A stretch of 64,000 nt of DNA from an uncultured Acidimicrobiaceae bacterium (lineage in GTDB: Bacteria; Actinomycetota; Acidimicrobiia; Acidimicrobiales; SZUA-35). The notes under the pieces were generated by a model, which had not been told where the DNA came from, did not search any database, and was given only the letters and a program-made list of their open reading frames with translations. The stretch covers positions 21,028-85,027 of the forward strand of contig CAMYLA010000005.1 in the NCBI GenBank assembly GCA_947259095.1. Reading direction: 5' to 3'. Shown here in pieces: positions 47,069 to 56,753 of the stretch. Numbering within the stretch: position 1 is the stretch's first letter; the number at the start of each line of letters is the position of its first letter. The translations under genes and the position numbers were made by a program.

Positions 47069-49333
47069 TTGGTTCGCCCTCCGCTCCAGACGCCGAGAGG
47101 CCCGAGCCCGTCGTCCCTGCGCTCGATCGCCGTCTTCGGGTTCCTGGCCTCGGTCCTGATCGTGGTCGGCGGGGCCCTGGCCGGCGCTGCGGCCCCGGGT
47201 GATGCGTGGCGCCTCTGGTCGGTTCCCGCCATCCCGGTCAGCCCCCGGGTCGATATCGTGCCGGCCCTCGTCGGCTACTACGGCGGGCTGATCCTGCTGG
47301 TCCGGGCCTGGTTGCTGTTGCGGCGCCACCACCTGACGTCCGGCCTGTCGGTCGGTGCGCTCACCATCGTGGTCCTGCTGTGGGCAGGCCCGTTGCTGAT
47401 CGGCCCGCCGCTCGGCAGCCGCGACGTCTACGCCTACGCGGCCCAGGGCCGCCTGGCCGAGCAAGGCTATGACGTCTACAGCGACGGCCCGGCGGAGCTT
47501 GGCGACGACGACCCCGTCCTGGCCCCGGTCGACCCGCTCTACCGTGACTCGCCGGTACTGTACGGGCCGGTCTTCGTTTCGATGTCGTCGACGGTGTCGG
47601 CCGTCGCCGGCGATCGTGTGATCGCCGCAGTGCTGGCGTTCCGGATGATGGCGGTGGTCGGTCTGACATTCGCCGCACTGGCGGTCCACGACCTTGCCAA
47701 GGGGTTCAAGCGCGATCCGGTCGATGCGCTGATCCTGGCCGTTGCCAATCCGCTGGTGTTGTTCCATCTGATATCGGGGGCCCACAACGAGGCGATCATG
47801 TTGGGCTTCCTCGTCGGTGGGGTGGCGGTGGCCCGCCGACCCCGACTGTTCCACCTCGGGATCGCACTCTGCGCCTTCGCCGCAGCGATCAAGTTGCCGG
47901 CCATCCTCGCCGTCGCCTTCGTCGGCTGGCCCTGGGCCCTGGAGGCCGACCGGCTCGATCGCAGGCTCGGCCGGCTGGCGCTGGTCGGGGCCGAGGCCTT
48001 GCTCGTCATCGCCGCCGCCGGCCGGTTGACCGGCTGGGGTTGGGGTTGGGTCGATGCCATCACCCGGTCGCAACCGGTCGACGCCTATCTCAGCGTCACC
48101 CGGGTCCTGGGCGGAGGGGTCTCGATGGTGACCGGGTTCGAGGTCGACGCCGTCCTGAGCGCAGCCCGGCTGCTGGGGTTGCTGGCCGCGGTGGCCATCA
48201 CCGGCCTGCTGCTGTTCCGGCGGCACGGCAGCTGGCCGACCGCCCTGGCCTGGAGCCTGCTGCTCTGGGCGATCCTGCACCCGACGACCCAGCCCTGGTA
48301 CCTGACCTGGGGCCTGATGCTGCTGGCCGCAACCTCGGGCGGTGAACGGAACCGGGGTCTGATAACGGGTTGTGTCGTCGCCATGTTCGTGGTGTTGCCG
48401 ATCGGACCCCAGCTCGGGCTGGTGGTGCTCGACGACACCGGGACCGCAACCCTCATCGGGGCGGTGCTGGTGCTGTGTCTGCTGACGTTCAGCCCGACCA
48501 AGCACAGCCCGGCTCATCGGCGGCCGGGACTGGATCCCGATCTGGTCAGCGTCATCGTGCCGACCCGCCACGAGGCCGGCAATGTCGGACCGCTGGTCGC
48601 CGAGCTGAACGAGGTCGCCCGGTCACGGGCCCTGGGGAATCGACGTTTCGAGGTGCTCTTCGTCGACGATTCCGACGACGACACGCCGGCTGCGATCGAA
48701 CGCCTGATCGCAACCGATGCCACCGCCTCCGGGGTGGCGGTCCGGCTGGTGCACCGCCGGGCCGGTGAACGTTGGGGTGGCCTCGGCGGTGCGGTGGTGG
48801 ACGGCTTCGGCTGCGCCGCCGGAGCGGTGGCGGTTGTCATGGACGGTGACCTGCAGCACCCGCCGTCGAGCATCCCGACACTGGTTCGAGCAGTCGATGG
48901 TGGCGACGGGCTGACGCTGGCCAGCCGTCGTGTGCCGGGTGGGACCGACGGTGTCGGTTTGACCCCGACCCGACGTCGGTTGTCGCTGTCTGCTGCGGGC
49001 CTGGCTCGATGGGTGTTCCCCGGTCCGGTCGGTCGGGTGTCCGACCCGATGTCTGGGTTTTTCGCCGTCCGGCTCGGGGTCATCGACCTCAACCGGCTGC
49101 ATCCCGACGGGTTCAAGATCCTGATGGAGGTGCTCGCCACCCATCCGAAGATCCCGGTCGGTGAGCGACCATTCGAGTTCGTCGTCCGGACCCACGGCAT
49201 GTCGAAGGCCTCGGCATCGGAGGTGGTGCGGTTCCTCGGTCATCTCATCAACCTCCGGATCCGCACCTCCCGGGTGTGGGGTGGGTCACCGGTGCCCCAG
49301 CGGACGTTCCCCTCCGTGTTCGGCGAGGCCTGA
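47069..49333 (+). CDS. fusion of an MptB-like GT-C polyprenyl-phosphate-mannose-dependent glycosyltransferase with a C-terminal GT2 polyprenyl-phosphate sugar synthase (Ppm1/Dpm1-like)
   Basis: Single open frame. The N-terminal polytopic domain carries SRDVYAYAAQGRLAEQGYDVY. The C-terminal soluble domain carries VSVIVPTRHEAGNV..VLFVDDSDDDT..VVMDGDLQHPP..SDPMSGFF..GFKILMEV. The only canonical in-frame start after the upstream gene is TTG at 47069. Confidence 0.75.
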   Translation: MVRPPLQTPRGPSPSSLRSIAVFGFLASVLIVVGGALAGAAAPGDAWRLWSVPAIPVSPRVDIVPALVGYYGGLILLVRAWLLLRRHHLTSGLSVGALTIVVLLWAGPLLIGPPLGSRDVYAYAAQGRLAEQGYDVYSDGPAELGDDDPVLAPVDPLYRDSPVLYGPVFVSMSSTVSAVAGDRVIAAVLAFRMMAVVGLTFAALAVHDLAKGFKRDPVDALILAVANPLVLFHLISGAHNEAIMLGFLVGGVAVARRPRLFHLGIALCAFAAAIKLPAILAVAFVGWPWALEADRLDRRLGRLALVGAEALLVIAAAGRLTGWGWGWVDAITRSQPVDAYLSVTRVLGGGVSMVTGFEVDAVLSAARLLGLLAAVAITGLLLFRRHGSWPTALAWSLLLWAILHPTTQPWYLTWGLMLLAATSGGERNRGLITGCVVAMFVVLPIGPQLGLVVLDDTGTATLIGAVLVLCLLTFSPTKHSPAHRRPGLDPDLVSVIVPTRHEAGNVGPLVAELNEVARSRALGNRRFEVLFVDDSDDDTPAAIERLIATDATASGVAVRLVHRRAGERWGGLGGAVVDGFGCAAGAVAVVMDGDLQHPPSSIPTLVRAVDGGDGLTLASRRVPGGTDGVGLTPTRRRLSLSAAGLARWVFPGPVGRVSDPMSGFFAVRLGVIDLNRLHPDGFKILMEVLATHPKIPVGERPFEFVVRTHGMSKASASEVVRFLGHLINLRIRTSRVWGGSPVPQRTFPSVFGEA

Positions 49334-49337
49334 TCGC

Positions 49338-50666
49338 TCAGCGTTCGATGGCGGCGCTCCGATCGGTGCGCCGCCGCGGTCGGCAGGCAGCCCGATCGAC
49401 TCCGCGGCGAAGCTCGAGCAGGCAGGCCGGCGGCAGGGCCAACAGGCTCAGGTTCCGAACGGTCACCAGGAGGGCCGGCAGCGGACGCCCCAGCGCTCCG
49501 GGACCGAACACGGTCAGCGTGGCGCCGGTCAGGACCAGCGAGACCACCAACAAGACGATGACCGGATCCCCGATCGGCCCGATGTTCGGTGACCGGTCCC
49601 GGTCGGCCAACAGCAGCGCCCCCCACGGGGTCAACCACAGCAGGAACTGGGGCGACAACAGGGGAGCGGTGACGATGAGCGCCGCCACCGAGCCCAGTAC
49701 CACCAGGCAGAATCGCCGCCGTGTCTGCTCCGGGGTTGCCGGCCCGGATGGCGTGGCCGACCCACCGGGCGTGCTCAGCGTCAGGGCGGCGATCATCCCG
49801 ACCGCCAGCACCCGCCCGACCGTCACCACGGTGGGGTCGAGGGTCCCGATCCGGAAGGCGTTCAGCTCCATTCGCGCCTCGTCGCCTGACGCCACGGCGG
49901 TGAGGGCGCCGGGCAGGCTCTCCACATGCCAGCCTGTCGCCCCCCGCAGTGACAGGATCTGCTGCAGTGGTTGGACGCCGTCGCCGATCAGCGCCAGCCA
50001 CAGCAGTCCCACCAGCCCGGCGATGGCGGTGGCGGTGATCGCCGCCCCTCGGCGGCCGACCGCCCATGCTCCGGTGACCAGCAGGGCGGGCCAGATCTTG
50101 ATCATCGCCCCCGCCGCCACCAGCATGCCGAAGGCGATCGTGGCGATGTGCCGGTCCGGCCCGGAGCCGCGCTCGGCCTCCAGCTCAAGGTCGTCGATCC
50201 GGTCTGGGCCGGTGGCCCGGCCGGCCAGCAGGGCCAGTGCGGCGGCCACCGCCACACCGGTCGCCACCATGTCGAGTCGGAGCAGCCCCATCGGCACCAG
50301 GGGCAGGCCCAGCAGCAGGAACGCCTTGGCCGCCCGGGGCGACACCACCCGCCACAGGGCGAGCACCGTCAGCGCCTCCACCAACGCCGACAGGATCACC
50401 AGCCGCCGGTTGGTGGCCACCACATCGTCGCCTGCCAGGCCATCGAGGACCACGACCGAACCCGGCGGGTACTCCACCGGGCTTTCGACCCAGGCCGGTC
50501 GGTCACGGTCCGCGATCTCCTGGAACCGCTCGGCGTCCCAGCCCTCCAACTCGGCCGCCTGGTCGGTCCAGGGCCCGGCGACGAGGACCACAACCGCCAG
50601 CAGCCGCACGGCCACGGCCACCAGCCACAGCCGGCCCTGAATGGTCGAAGCCTGGAACCGTGCCAC
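49338..50666 (-). CDS. GT87/DUF2029-type (PimE-like) polytopic glycosyltransferase
   Basis: 442 aa: ..WDAERFQEIADRDRPAWVESPVEYPPGSVVVL.. followed by many TM segments. It is convergent with the fusion gene, 4 nt apart. Confidence 0.65.
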   Translation of the reverse strand: MARFQASTIQGRLWLVAVAVRLLAVVVLVAGPWTDQAAELEGWDAERFQEIADRDRPAWVESPVEYPPGSVVVLDGLAGDDVVATNRRLVILSALVEALTVLALWRVVSPRAAKAFLLLGLPLVPMGLLRLDMVATGVAVAAALALLAGRATGPDRIDDLELEAERGSGPDRHIATIAFGMLVAAGAMIKIWPALLVTGAWAVGRRGAAITATAIAGLVGLLWLALIGDGVQPLQQILSLRGATGWHVESLPGALTAVASGDEARMELNAFRIGTLDPTVVTVGRVLAVGMIAALTLSTPGGSATPSGPATPEQTRRRFCLVVLGSVAALIVTAPLLSPQFLLWLTPWGALLLADRDRSPNIGPIGDPVIVLLVVSLVLTGATLTVFGPGALGRPLPALLVTVRNLSLLALPPACLLELRRGVDRAACRPRRRTDRSAAIER

Positions 50667-50679
50667 TATCCTGGATCAT

Positions 50680-51348
50680 ATGTCGACAACCGAGACCTCA
50701 GAGCCGACCGCAGACGGGACCGAACCCGTCGGCGATCCCGCAATGCCGCTCACCGTCAGCGATGCGGCCCTGGCCACCGTGCTCGACGTCCGGGCCGGGG
50801 AGGATGATCCGGCCAACACCGCCCTCCGGGTGGAGATCACCGGCTCCAACATGACCGACTTCGTCTACGCACTGGATCTGATCCCGGTCGAGGAGAAGGG
50901 CCAGGACGACCTCGTCTACCACCAGGGTGATCACGGCGAGCTGACGGTGATCGTGCCTGCCCTGTCGGCCGAGAACATGATCGGGGCGGTGCTCGACGTC
51001 CCGTCCAACAGCGCAGCCGGGGGTCTGGTCATCCGCAATCCGAACACGCCGGACCCGCTGGCCGGGCTGGATATCGATCTCAGCGGCGAGCTGCCCCAGA
51101 AGGTCCAGGCGGTGCTGGATCAGGCCGTCAACCCGGCCCTGGCCTCCCACGGCGGCTACGCAAACCTCGTCAACATCGAGGGCACGGTCGTCTACGTCAC
51201 CATGGGCGGCGGCTGCCAGGGCTGCGCCGCCAGTGCCATGACCCTGCGGGACGGCATCAAGTCGATGCTGTTGAACGCCCTGCCGGAGATCACCGACGTC
51301 CAGGACGCCACCGACCACGCGGCGGGGGAGAACCCCTTCTACACCTAG
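50680..51348 (+). CDS. NfuA-like Fe-S assembly protein (degenerate A-type N-domain plus Nfu C-domain)
   Basis: ATG at 50680: ..LTVSDAALATVLDVR..LRVEITG.. and a C-terminal PALASHGGYANLVNIEGTVVYVTMGGGCQGCAASAMTL. Confidence 0.8.
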   Translation: MSTTETSEPTADGTEPVGDPAMPLTVSDAALATVLDVRAGEDDPANTALRVEITGSNMTDFVYALDLIPVEEKGQDDLVYHQGDHGELTVIVPALSAENMIGAVLDVPSNSAAGGLVIRNPNTPDPLAGLDIDLSGELPQKVQAVLDQAVNPALASHGGYANLVNIEGTVVYVTMGGGCQGCAASAMTLRDGIKSMLLNALPEITDVQDATDHAAGENPFYT

Positions 51349-51468
51349 GTCCCACCGCAGCGGTTGCTCGGCCGGTGTACGGCCCCGTCGTTCCTGGGTT
51401 CGCCACCGACGGACTTGAGACAGTGGGGGGTCGCACATAGGCTGGTCTGCAATCGATCAGGAGGTCGC

Positions 51469-52902
51469 ATGCCAGACGTTCCGGTACGAGGCATCATCGC
51501 CTACGGGGCCTACGTCCCCTACTACCGACTGCAGAAGGCGGCCATCACCGCCGCGCTGGGGACCGGCGGCGGCCGGGGCACCAGAGCCGTCGCATCCTAT
51601 GACGAGGACGCCACGTCGATGGCGGTCGAGGCGTCACGTACGGCAATGAAGTCGGCCCCGGACGGTCTCCTGCCGGAATCGGTGTACTTCGCATCGGCAA
51701 CGCCGCCCTATCTCGACAAGACGAACGCCAACGTCATCCACGCCGCGCTCGATCTCCCCTCCCGGGTCTTCGCCGGCGACGTCGGCGGCTCGCCCCGCTC
51801 GGTCAACGCCGCCCTGGGTTCGGCCCTCGACGGCTCCCGACCAACGCTGGTGGTGGCGGCCGATGTGCGCAGCGGTCGCCCCGGTTCATCCGATGAGGCC
51901 AATACCGGCGATGCCGCAGTGGCATGGCTGATCGGCGACGAGAGCGACGGTCCGGTCATCGCCCAGTGGCTGGGCGGGGCCTCGGCCACCGCCGAGTTCC
52001 TGGACCGGTGGCGCCTGCCGGAATGGAACTACTCCCGCGTGTGGGAGGAACGATTCGGAGAACATGCCTACCTGCCGCTGGTGACAGAAGCGGCGGAGGC
52101 GGCGTTCAAGGAGTGCCAACTCGAACCGTCGGACATCGACGCGGTTGTGCTCTCCGGGTTGCACGCCCGGGCCGTCAGGGGGGCGGCCCGGGCTGCTGGT
52201 GTCGATGCGACAAACGTCATCGACGACCTGACGTCGGTTGTCGGCAACACCGGCACCCCCCATGCCGGGCTGGTGCTGGCCTCGACGCTGGACGACGCCT
52301 CGCCGGGCCAGACGATCATGGTCATCCATCTGGCCGACGGGGTCGACGTCGGCTTCTACCGGACAACCGACGCCATCGCCGACCACCGGCCGGCCAAGAC
52401 GGTCACCGACCAGATCGAGGCCGGGAACGACGGGCTCGACTACAACGCCTTCCTGACCTGGCGTGGTTTCCTCGACCGGGAACCGCCTCGCCGCCCCGAC
52501 CCCGAGGCCCCGGCGGCACCGCCGTCGTTTCGGTCCGAGCGCTGGAAGTACGCCTTCGTCGGTTCCAAGGACGCCTCGACCGGTGCCATCCACCTCCCGC
52601 CGCAGCGGGTCTCGGTCAAAGGTGGGGCGGTCGACGAGATGGAACCGATCCCGATGGCCGATGTGCCGGCAACCGTCGTCACCTTCACCATCGATCGCCT
52701 GGCCTACTCGCTTTCGCCACCGGTCATCGCCGTCGTCATCGACTTCGATGGCGGCGGACGTTTCCAATGCCAATTGACAGACGCCGACCCGGACACGGTC
52801 AAGATCGGCGATCGCGTCTCGATGACCTTCCGTCGGCTGCTGACCGCCAACGGGGTTCACAATTATTTCTGGAAGGCCCGGCCGCTGGCCGAAAACGGCT
52901 GA
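51469..52902 (+). CDS. HMG-CoA-synthase-like (thiolase-fold) domain fused to a DUF35 OB-fold domain. It appears to lack the catalytic Glu and Cys.
   Basis: ATG at 51469 preceded by GGAGG: GIIAYGAYVPYYRL..SYDEDATSMAVEA.. then ..FTIDRLAYSLSPPVIAVVIDFDGGGRFQCQLTD..IGDRVSMTF (OB fold). Confidence 0.75.
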   Translation: MPDVPVRGIIAYGAYVPYYRLQKAAITAALGTGGGRGTRAVASYDEDATSMAVEASRTAMKSAPDGLLPESVYFASATPPYLDKTNANVIHAALDLPSRVFAGDVGGSPRSVNAALGSALDGSRPTLVVAADVRSGRPGSSDEANTGDAAVAWLIGDESDGPVIAQWLGGASATAEFLDRWRLPEWNYSRVWEERFGEHAYLPLVTEAAEAAFKECQLEPSDIDAVVLSGLHARAVRGAARAAGVDATNVIDDLTSVVGNTGTPHAGLVLASTLDDASPGQTIMVIHLADGVDVGFYRTTDAIADHRPAKTVTDQIEAGNDGLDYNAFLTWRGFLDREPPRRPDPEAPAAPPSFRSERWKYAFVGSKDASTGAIHLPPQRVSVKGGAVDEMEPIPMADVPATVVTFTIDRLAYSLSPPVIAVVIDFDGGGRFQCQLTDADPDTVKIGDRVSMTFRRLLTANGVHNYFWKARPLAENG

Positions 52903-52985
52903 ACGACACATCGACTCTCAACCGGTCGACGACACCGCAGACAAGAACGCAGACAACGAGAACCAAGGCAGAACGAGGTAGGAAC

Positions 52986-54188
52986 ATGGCTTCGAAAGGC
53001 ATCAAGGATCAGGTGGCGATCGTCGGGATGGGGTGCACCCCCTTCGGCGAGCATTGGGACAAATCGGTGGAGGACATGCTGGTCGAATCGTCGACCGCGG
53101 CCTACGCCGATGCCGGGATCGCCCAGGACGACATCGACGCATATTGGTTCGGCACCTTGGGGTCAGGTGTTTCCGGGCTGACCCTGAGCCGGGCCCTGAA
53201 GATCGACTACAAGCCGGTGACCCGGGTCGAGAACATGTGCGCCACCGGCTCCGAGGCGTTTCGCAACGCCTGCTATGCCGTGGCCTCGGGGGCCTACGAC
53301 CTCGTTGCCGCAGTCGGCGTCGAGAAACTGAAGGACAACGGGATGTCCGGCCTGACCGGGGCCTCCATACCCGATGACGGGACCCGGCCCGACCTCACCG
53401 CGCCGGCCATGTTCTCCCTGCTGGCTCCGGCCTACGCCAACAAGTACGGCGTCGACCAGGACGAGATGAAGGATGTGCTGACCAGGATCGCCTGGAAGAA
53501 CCACTTCAACGGTGCCCGAAATCCCCGAGCCCAGTTCCGCAAGGAGGTTGGCAAGGACACGATCTGCAACGCACCGTTGATCGCCGGCCAGCTGGGGATC
53601 TTCGACTGTTCCGGCGTGTCAGACGGGTCGGCTGCGGCCATCATCTGCCGGGTCGAGGACGCCCACAAGTACACCGACAAGCCGCTGTACGTGAAGGCGC
53701 TGGCGTTCTCCGCCGGTCCGGCCGCCGGCCCGATCGATCCGGACTACGACTACACGACCTTCAATGAGGTGGTTGCCAGCGCCGCCGATGCCTACGCCCA
53801 GGCCGGGGTGACCGACCCTCGGGCCGAGGTGGCCATGGCCGAGGTCCACGACTGTTTCACCCCCACCGAACTGGTGCTGATGGAGGACCTCGGCTTCGCC
53901 GATCGTGGCATGGGTTGGAAGGAGGTGATGGCCGGCACCTACGACCTCGACGGCGAACTGCCGATCAACCCCGACGGTGGACTGAAGAGCTTCGGACACC
54001 CCATCGGTGCGTCCGGTTTGCGCATGCTGTTCGAGTGCTGGCTCCAGCTGCGCCAGGAAGCCCCGGAGGACCGGCAGATCAAGTCGGTGACCGAGGGCGG
54101 CAAGACGCTCGGCATGACCCACAACCTGGGCGGTGCACCCGGCGAGTGCGTGAGTTTCGTCAGCATCGTCGGCAGCGAATTGGGCTGA
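52986..54188 (+). CDS. thiolase-family protein (SCP-x / archaeal acetoacetyl-CoA thiolase-like)
   Basis: ATG at 52986: MASKGIKDQVAIVGMGCTPFGEHW..VENMCATGSEAF..GVEKL..HPIGASGLRM..THNLGG. Confidence 0.85.
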   Translation: MASKGIKDQVAIVGMGCTPFGEHWDKSVEDMLVESSTAAYADAGIAQDDIDAYWFGTLGSGVSGLTLSRALKIDYKPVTRVENMCATGSEAFRNACYAVASGAYDLVAAVGVEKLKDNGMSGLTGASIPDDGTRPDLTAPAMFSLLAPAYANKYGVDQDEMKDVLTRIAWKNHFNGARNPRAQFRKEVGKDTICNAPLIAGQLGIFDCSGVSDGSAAAIICRVEDAHKYTDKPLYVKALAFSAGPAAGPIDPDYDYTTFNEVVASAADAYAQAGVTDPRAEVAMAEVHDCFTPTELVLMEDLGFADRGMGWKEVMAGTYDLDGELPINPDGGLKSFGHPIGASGLRMLFECWLQLRQEAPEDRQIKSVTEGGKTLGMTHNLGGAPGECVSFVSIVGSELG

Positions 54189-54227
54189 TCGTCGGCCGTC
54201 TCGACCGGGACGGCCAACCCGAGATCG

Positions 54228-54857
54228 TCAGCAGGCCGGGGGGAGCACCTCCGGCCGCTCGACGTCGACCAGCGCCAGGGCCAGGGCGATCTCGTCTGCG
54301 GCAACCGCCCACCCGATCTCATCGCCCCTTGCGGTGGCGAACACCATGCCGACCATCCGGCCGTCGTCGTCGATGACCGGGGCCCCGGAGTCGCCCGGCT
54401 CGACGTCGGCGCTGAGCTTGATGGCCCGCCGCCTGCCCTGCCCGTCGAGGGTTGCCGAAACAAGATCGAGCACCGAGCCGGGTTTCAGTGTCGGCCCGTC
54501 GTCGGAGGCCCCGGTGGCGATCGACACCTCGGCCGCCTCCTCGGCCTCGGCCAGCTCCAGCGGGTCGGCCGTGCCGTCGAGGGCCAGCAGGGCGATGTCC
54601 TTGTCCGGGTCGAGGTAGATCAGTCCGGCTCCGACCACGCCTCCGGCGGCATCGATGAGCGTGATCGACTCGGCCTGCTCGAGCGAGTGGGCCACGGTGG
54701 CCGTCAGATCGGGCCGTACCGCCACCGCGGTCGCGAGTTGCTGGTCGACCACCCCGCACCGTGTCACCTCGACCCGGTAGACCGAGTTCAGCGTCTCGGC
54801 AGCCGGGTTCCCGCAGCCTGCCATGGCCAGCGCAGCCAAGACCGCGCCGGCCATCAT
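54228..54857 (-). CDS. trypsin-like serine protease lipoprotein
   Basis: MMAGAVLAALAMAGC lipobox. Catalytic context: TVAHSL, KDIALL, GDSGAPVI. Confidence 0.75.
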   Translation of the reverse strand: MMAGAVLAALAMAGCGNPAAETLNSVYRVEVTRCGVVDQQLATAVAVRPDLTATVAHSLEQAESITLIDAAGGVVGAGLIYLDPDKDIALLALDGTADPLELAEAEEAAEVSIATGASDDGPTLKPGSVLDLVSATLDGQGRRRAIKLSADVEPGDSGAPVIDDDGRMVGMVFATARGDEIGWAVAADEIALALALVDVERPEVLPPAC

Positions 54858-54986
54858 CGAACCGGTTCGCCGGTTCACCGCCGGTCGCGCTCCGTCACCG
54901 CCCAAGACTACAGCCAGGCCCGGTCGGCCCCGTCGGCACCGGCCCCGGGTTGCAATCGTCCCGAAATCGGTGCAGCCTCAGGTCCT

Positions 54987-55628
54987 GTGTCTTACGATCC
55001 GGCCACCACGGGAGAAGCCCCCATTTCCTGGGGTCTCGGCCCCCCGGACGAACAGCGGGCCGCCGACTCGCTCCGGGAGCTGGAGCGGTCGCTGGGCTTC
55101 GGCGCCTCCGACATCGGCGTTGCCACCTGGCTGCCGGACGATCCCGAGGCCCTCACGGTGGCGCTGCTGGAGGACGGCAGGCCGTTCAACGGCGCGTTCG
55201 TGCCCCTGGTCGTCCACGACCCGCTGCTGGCGGAACGGTCATATGATGCTGCCGAGTGGGCCGCCGAGCTGATCAGGATCGAGGGCGGGGAGTGCCTGTG
55301 TATCACCCCGTTCGCAGAGAAGGGTTGGGTCGGTGACACACCGCTCAGCCCGCGGCAGTGGAATCACACCGCGGCCATGATCGAGCGGCTGGACGACCTG
55401 TGCCGCCGATATCGTCTCCGGCCGCTCGTCAGCGATGTCATCGGCGACCAGGAGGCCAGGGAGGACGGCGGCCTCGATCCCGCGCTGCCGATCCACTACG
55501 TGCTCGACGCCGGGAGCTTCCTTCCAGACGGCTTCGTGCCGGCCAGGCTGGTCAGCCCCGAGAAGGTGGAGCCGGACGGTAGCCCGCTGGCAGACCGGCT
55601 CCGGGGCCTGCTGCGAAACCGCAGCTGA
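54987..55628 (+). CDS. hypothetical protein
   Basis: 213 aa from GTG at 54987, within ORF 54687..55628. Codon bias is coding-like and I recognise no motif. Confidence 0.5.
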   Translation: MSYDPATTGEAPISWGLGPPDEQRAADSLRELERSLGFGASDIGVATWLPDDPEALTVALLEDGRPFNGAFVPLVVHDPLLAERSYDAAEWAAELIRIEGGECLCITPFAEKGWVGDTPLSPRQWNHTAAMIERLDDLCRRYRLRPLVSDVIGDQEAREDGGLDPALPIHYVLDAGSFLPDGFVPARLVSPEKVEPDGSPLADRLRGLLRNRS

Positions 55629-55733
55629 TCGGTCGATGGCGGAACAGACATTGGGTTGGGGGGACTGTGTGTTCAGGAGAAAAGCTGATGAGAGGAACGA
55701 CATGATCGGAAGCGATCGGGCGAGGGGAACAGA

Positions 55734-56753
55734 ATGACGCCGACCCCGACCCTGCGATGGGGGGTCTTGTCGACGGCCAAGATCGCCGGCGAGCACGTCA
55801 TTGCGGCCATCAACGCCGTGGCCGGCTGTCAGGTGGTGGCCGTCGGCTCCCGCGACCGGTCCCGGGCCGAGATCTTCGGCCGGGAACACAGCATCGAACG
55901 GGCCTACGGGAGCTACCAGGAGCTGCTCGACGACCGGGATGTGGACGTGATCTACAACCCGTTGCCAAACAACCTCCATGCCGAGCTGACCCTGGCCGCG
56001 GCGGCGGCGGGAAAACACGTCCTCTGTGAGAAGCCGTTCACCATGGACCTGGCCGAGGCCCGGCGGTTGGCCGGCGATCTGGTCGAGCTCGGCAACGGGG
56101 TCCAGGTCATGGAAGGCTTCATGTACCAATTCCATCCCCAGTGGGAGGCGGTGTTCGATCTGGTGGCACGCGGTCGGATCGGTCGGCCGGTGGCGGTCCA
56201 TACCTGGTTCAGCTACTTCGGTGACGACCCGGCCAACATCCGCAACATGCCCGAGACCGGGGGCGGGGCGCTGATGGACATCGGCTGTTATGCGATCCAC
56301 TCGGCCCGCCGGCTGTTCGGTGGGGAGCCGACGCGGGTTCGGGGCACGCTGACCATCGACCAACGGTTCGGGGTCGACGTGACCGCATCGGGTTTGCTCG
56401 ATTTCGGCGACGGCCAGGCCACCTTCACCGTCTCGACCCAGTCCGACCCCGATCAGCGAGTTCACATCGTCGGCACCGAGGGTCGGATCGAGATCACCCG
56501 GCCGTTCAACGCCATCGCCACCCGACCCATGGTGATCCGGGTCGGGGCCGGTCTCGGCGCAACCTACGACGAGCCACTCGAGGTGCGCCGGTTCGGTCCG
56601 GCCGACCAGTATGCGATCATGGTCGAGCGCTTTGCCGCCGCACTCCGGTCAGGCGAACCGGCCCCGGTCGGGGTCGACGATGCGGTGGCAACCATGGCGG
56701 TCATCGACGCCATCCGCCGGTCCCATGCCGAGGATCGCACCGTCGAGCCCTGA
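55734..56753 (+). CDS. Gfo/Idh/MocA-family NAD(P)-dependent oxidoreductase
   Basis: 339 aa: LRWGVLSTAKIAGEHVI..YNPLPNNLHAE..GKHVLCEKP.. Confidence 0.88.
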   Translation: MTPTPTLRWGVLSTAKIAGEHVIAAINAVAGCQVVAVGSRDRSRAEIFGREHSIERAYGSYQELLDDRDVDVIYNPLPNNLHAELTLAAAAAGKHVLCEKPFTMDLAEARRLAGDLVELGNGVQVMEGFMYQFHPQWEAVFDLVARGRIGRPVAVHTWFSYFGDDPANIRNMPETGGGALMDIGCYAIHSARRLFGGEPTRVRGTLTIDQRFGVDVTASGLLDFGDGQATFTVSTQSDPDQRVHIVGTEGRIEITRPFNAIATRPMVIRVGAGLGATYDEPLEVRRFGPADQYAIMVERFAAALRSGEPAPVGVDDAVATMAVIDAIRRSHAEDRTVEP

